A stretch of DNA of 64,000 nt from Eledone cirrhosa (lineage: Eukaryota): contig OZ024742.1 of assembly GCA_964016885.1 (NCBI GenBank), positions 223,820,001-223,884,000 on the forward strand, written 5' to 3'. The translations under genes were made by a program, and so were the position numbers. Shown piece by piece: positions 61,673 to 64,000 of this stretch. Positions within the stretch are counted from its first letter, which is position 1. Every line of letters starts with the position of its first letter. The notes beneath the pieces were generated by a model. That model ran no database searches and was not told the origin of the DNA. It saw nothing but the letters and a program-made list of their open reading frames with translations.

Positions 61673-63713
61673 ATATTGTTATACTTGGAGAGGGTCATGT
61701 TGTTGTAATAAAATTGCCAGAATTAATAACAGAACGCACTCACTGTTTGGTCGGTTTTCGCGTCTGTATCTTTTATATCAGTTAATTTATTCGGTCCTCA
61801 ATGTTTACCATTGACTGACCAATACAGATACAATATAGACACAAACATATATATAGTCTAACAAAGTTCTTTCGGTGCACATCTGCAACATCGTCAGTGG
61901 TGCTATTATGTTTCCTCCTGTTGTATTGTATGTCTACGTCATCTTTATTTAATCTGTTTATTTATTTTTTTCTTCTTCTCTGCGCATCCATTTGCGTGTG
62001 TGTATAGTGTTTAATGTGTGTTTGCGTTTAGGTGACTGTGTTTTGGTTATTGTATTCTATCTTAGTTTACTAGTGTGTGTTTGTTGTTATTGTGCTTGTG
62101 TATATATTTATTTATATTTCTCTTAGGTCAGTATTGTTTGTTTGGGTGTTGTTATTCCATTAATTTTTTCTGTTTATCTTTGGCCTTCTAAGTTCTATTT
62201 CACTGGCCTCTCTGATTGGCTATCTGCTGGGTCATTTCTATGTTTAGATATTATTTTAATTTCTATGTTGTTTACGTTACCGTCATCTTGTTGTTTGGCG
62301 TGTTCGTATAGTACTGAACCGTTTTTTCTTCCTTTTAGTTCCCCCCCAGTGTTGGTCTATCCTTTCACCTATGCTACGAGCTGTCTTGCCTATGTATGCT
62401 GTTGTCATGTTTCTGCAAGTACTTTGTGTACATCTTATGCTATAGACTACGTTTCTAGTTTTACAGTTTATCCTTACATATAATACATTTCCTATTAGTA
62501 CAGTGGGTTTTCTTAAAAGGGTATGTTTTGCTGATCAGGGATTTTATGGTGGTTCCTGGCTTTTCTACCACCTTAATCTTTAAGTGGGTCTTTCTCAGGG
62601 CCTTTCTACACCGGTTAGCTAATTTCCCTCCAGGGGTAGCGTCCACAAGCATGACACTCTGGTATCTCTGGTTGTCGTACCATGAGGTGGCTTTCCTTAT
62701 CTTATGTTTAGTCCTATCTAAGCTATTCCATGATTTGCTCCTGTATAATGGGCAATTTCCTTTCATGTCCAGTTCTATGAGGGTCTTATACTTCTCCGTG
62801 GCTCCTTCGTATACTCTGATTCAGTCTCTTTGGTTGTAGCCAGAGAACTGCATGCGGTTGATGAAGTGTTGGATGTGACTTTCCATTTCTGTTGGGTCGC
62901 ACATGCTAGACACGTTCTTCATCACTCATACCAAGTCTGCGATCAGAATATTAACACTACTGGACATTGCTGAGTTTTTGAGTATCAGGTATTTGGAGGC
63001 CATGGGTTTAGCGTAGTGTGAGTGGAGAATTTGGGCTCTTTCGTCTATAGTGTTAGTCCAGAGTTCCGTGTCTAATACAGGTAGTCTATTGTTAGGGTGT
63101 TTGGAAGGGTAGTCGATAGTTACAGTTATACTCTGGTGTATGGAATTATCTATCTGCTGGATGCTTTCCATTGTGCTACATTCTAAATCATACTTGTTAG
63201 TACTCTCTTGTGGGGATGTCCTTATTACTATATCAATGTCGTCTACGTAATGAGAGTACATGATGAGGTCTATGGAGCTCTCATCAAGGAGATCTTTGAG
63301 TCTCCTTTCCCACCATACCATAAAAAGGTTGGCAACGTCACCAGCTATGCTGACGCCAATGGCTGCTCCCTCATTTTGGTTGTAGATCTTCTCGTTGAAT
63401 TTGAATATGTGGCCCTTTAGGGTAGTTTTAATACTAGCCCCTATTGCATGTGCGACCATTTTTCTTACCTGATCATTGTTTTTTTTTGGGGGGGGGGGGG
63501 GTCCGTATGGCTTTGGTCCACCCAATTCACCTTCCCATGGGAGTATTTTTTGGCATTGAGGTTATGGTCAGTCAGTGGTAAACATTGAGGACCGAACAAA
63601 TTAACTGATATAAAAGATACAGAAGCGAAAACCAACCAAACAGTGAGTGTGCTCTGTTATTAATTCTGGCAATATTATTACAACAATATGACCCTCCCCA
63701 AGTATAACAATAT
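61673..63713 (-). mobile_element. Penelope-like retroelement (RT + GIY-YIG), 5'-truncated, with 149-bp inverted terminal repeats; possibly Naiad-like
   Basis: RT GAAIGVSIAGDVANLFMVWWE, YVDD, LPVLD; Cys knuckle CTNRKCIIC; endonuclease NVVYSIRC...YIGKTARSIGER; IR 61673-61821 / 63565-63713; hammerhead-like core at 61861-61900. Confidence 0.9.
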
Positions 63714-63756
63714 TTGTTTCGACACACGATTTCATATCAAAAACCTCGCAAAATAA

Positions 63757-63973
<217 letters not shown>

Positions 63974-64000
63974 GGTGTGTGTGTGTGTGGTGGTAGTAGT

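Noticed and set aside
62810-62930. Two in-frame TGA codons in the PLE ORF as possible selenocysteine recoding (reported for some Naiad PLEs)
   Set aside because: The contexts DLV*VMKN and QRD*IRVY fit Arg positions (CGA to TGA CpG decay), not Cys. The copy also has frameshifts, and I saw no SECIS.

Overview
Eukaryotic, AT-rich, repeat-dense animal genomic DNA. The SINE/RTE/microsatellite landscape suggests a coleoid cephalopod such as octopus (inference). One complete protein-coding gene can be assembled by hand on the + strand: SPG7/paraplegin (mitochondrial m-AAA FtsH-type metalloprotease). It has 19 GT-AG coding exons from 4675 to 40224 with consistent phases, 2379 nt = 792 aa, and intact Walker A/B, SRH and HESGH motifs. 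The rest is mobile DNA: two RTE-clade LINE families, a CR1-like and two CRE-like fragments, two Penelope-like (PLE) coding remnants, Helitrons, mariner, hAT and TTAA-type MITEs, tRNA-derived SINEs and (TA)n/(CA)n tracts. The most notable unexplained signals are: (1) long near-perfect palindromes or inverted repeats in (TA)n tracts that carry hammerhead-ribozyme-like cores; (2) repeated twin-priming-style 5' inversions in RTE LINEs; (3) a tRNA-like cloverleaf boxed by inverted repeats; (4) a tandem repeat that supplies the SPG7 stop codon; (5) a likely bidirectional promoter. Most ORFs in the supplied track are microsatellite or TE artefacts.
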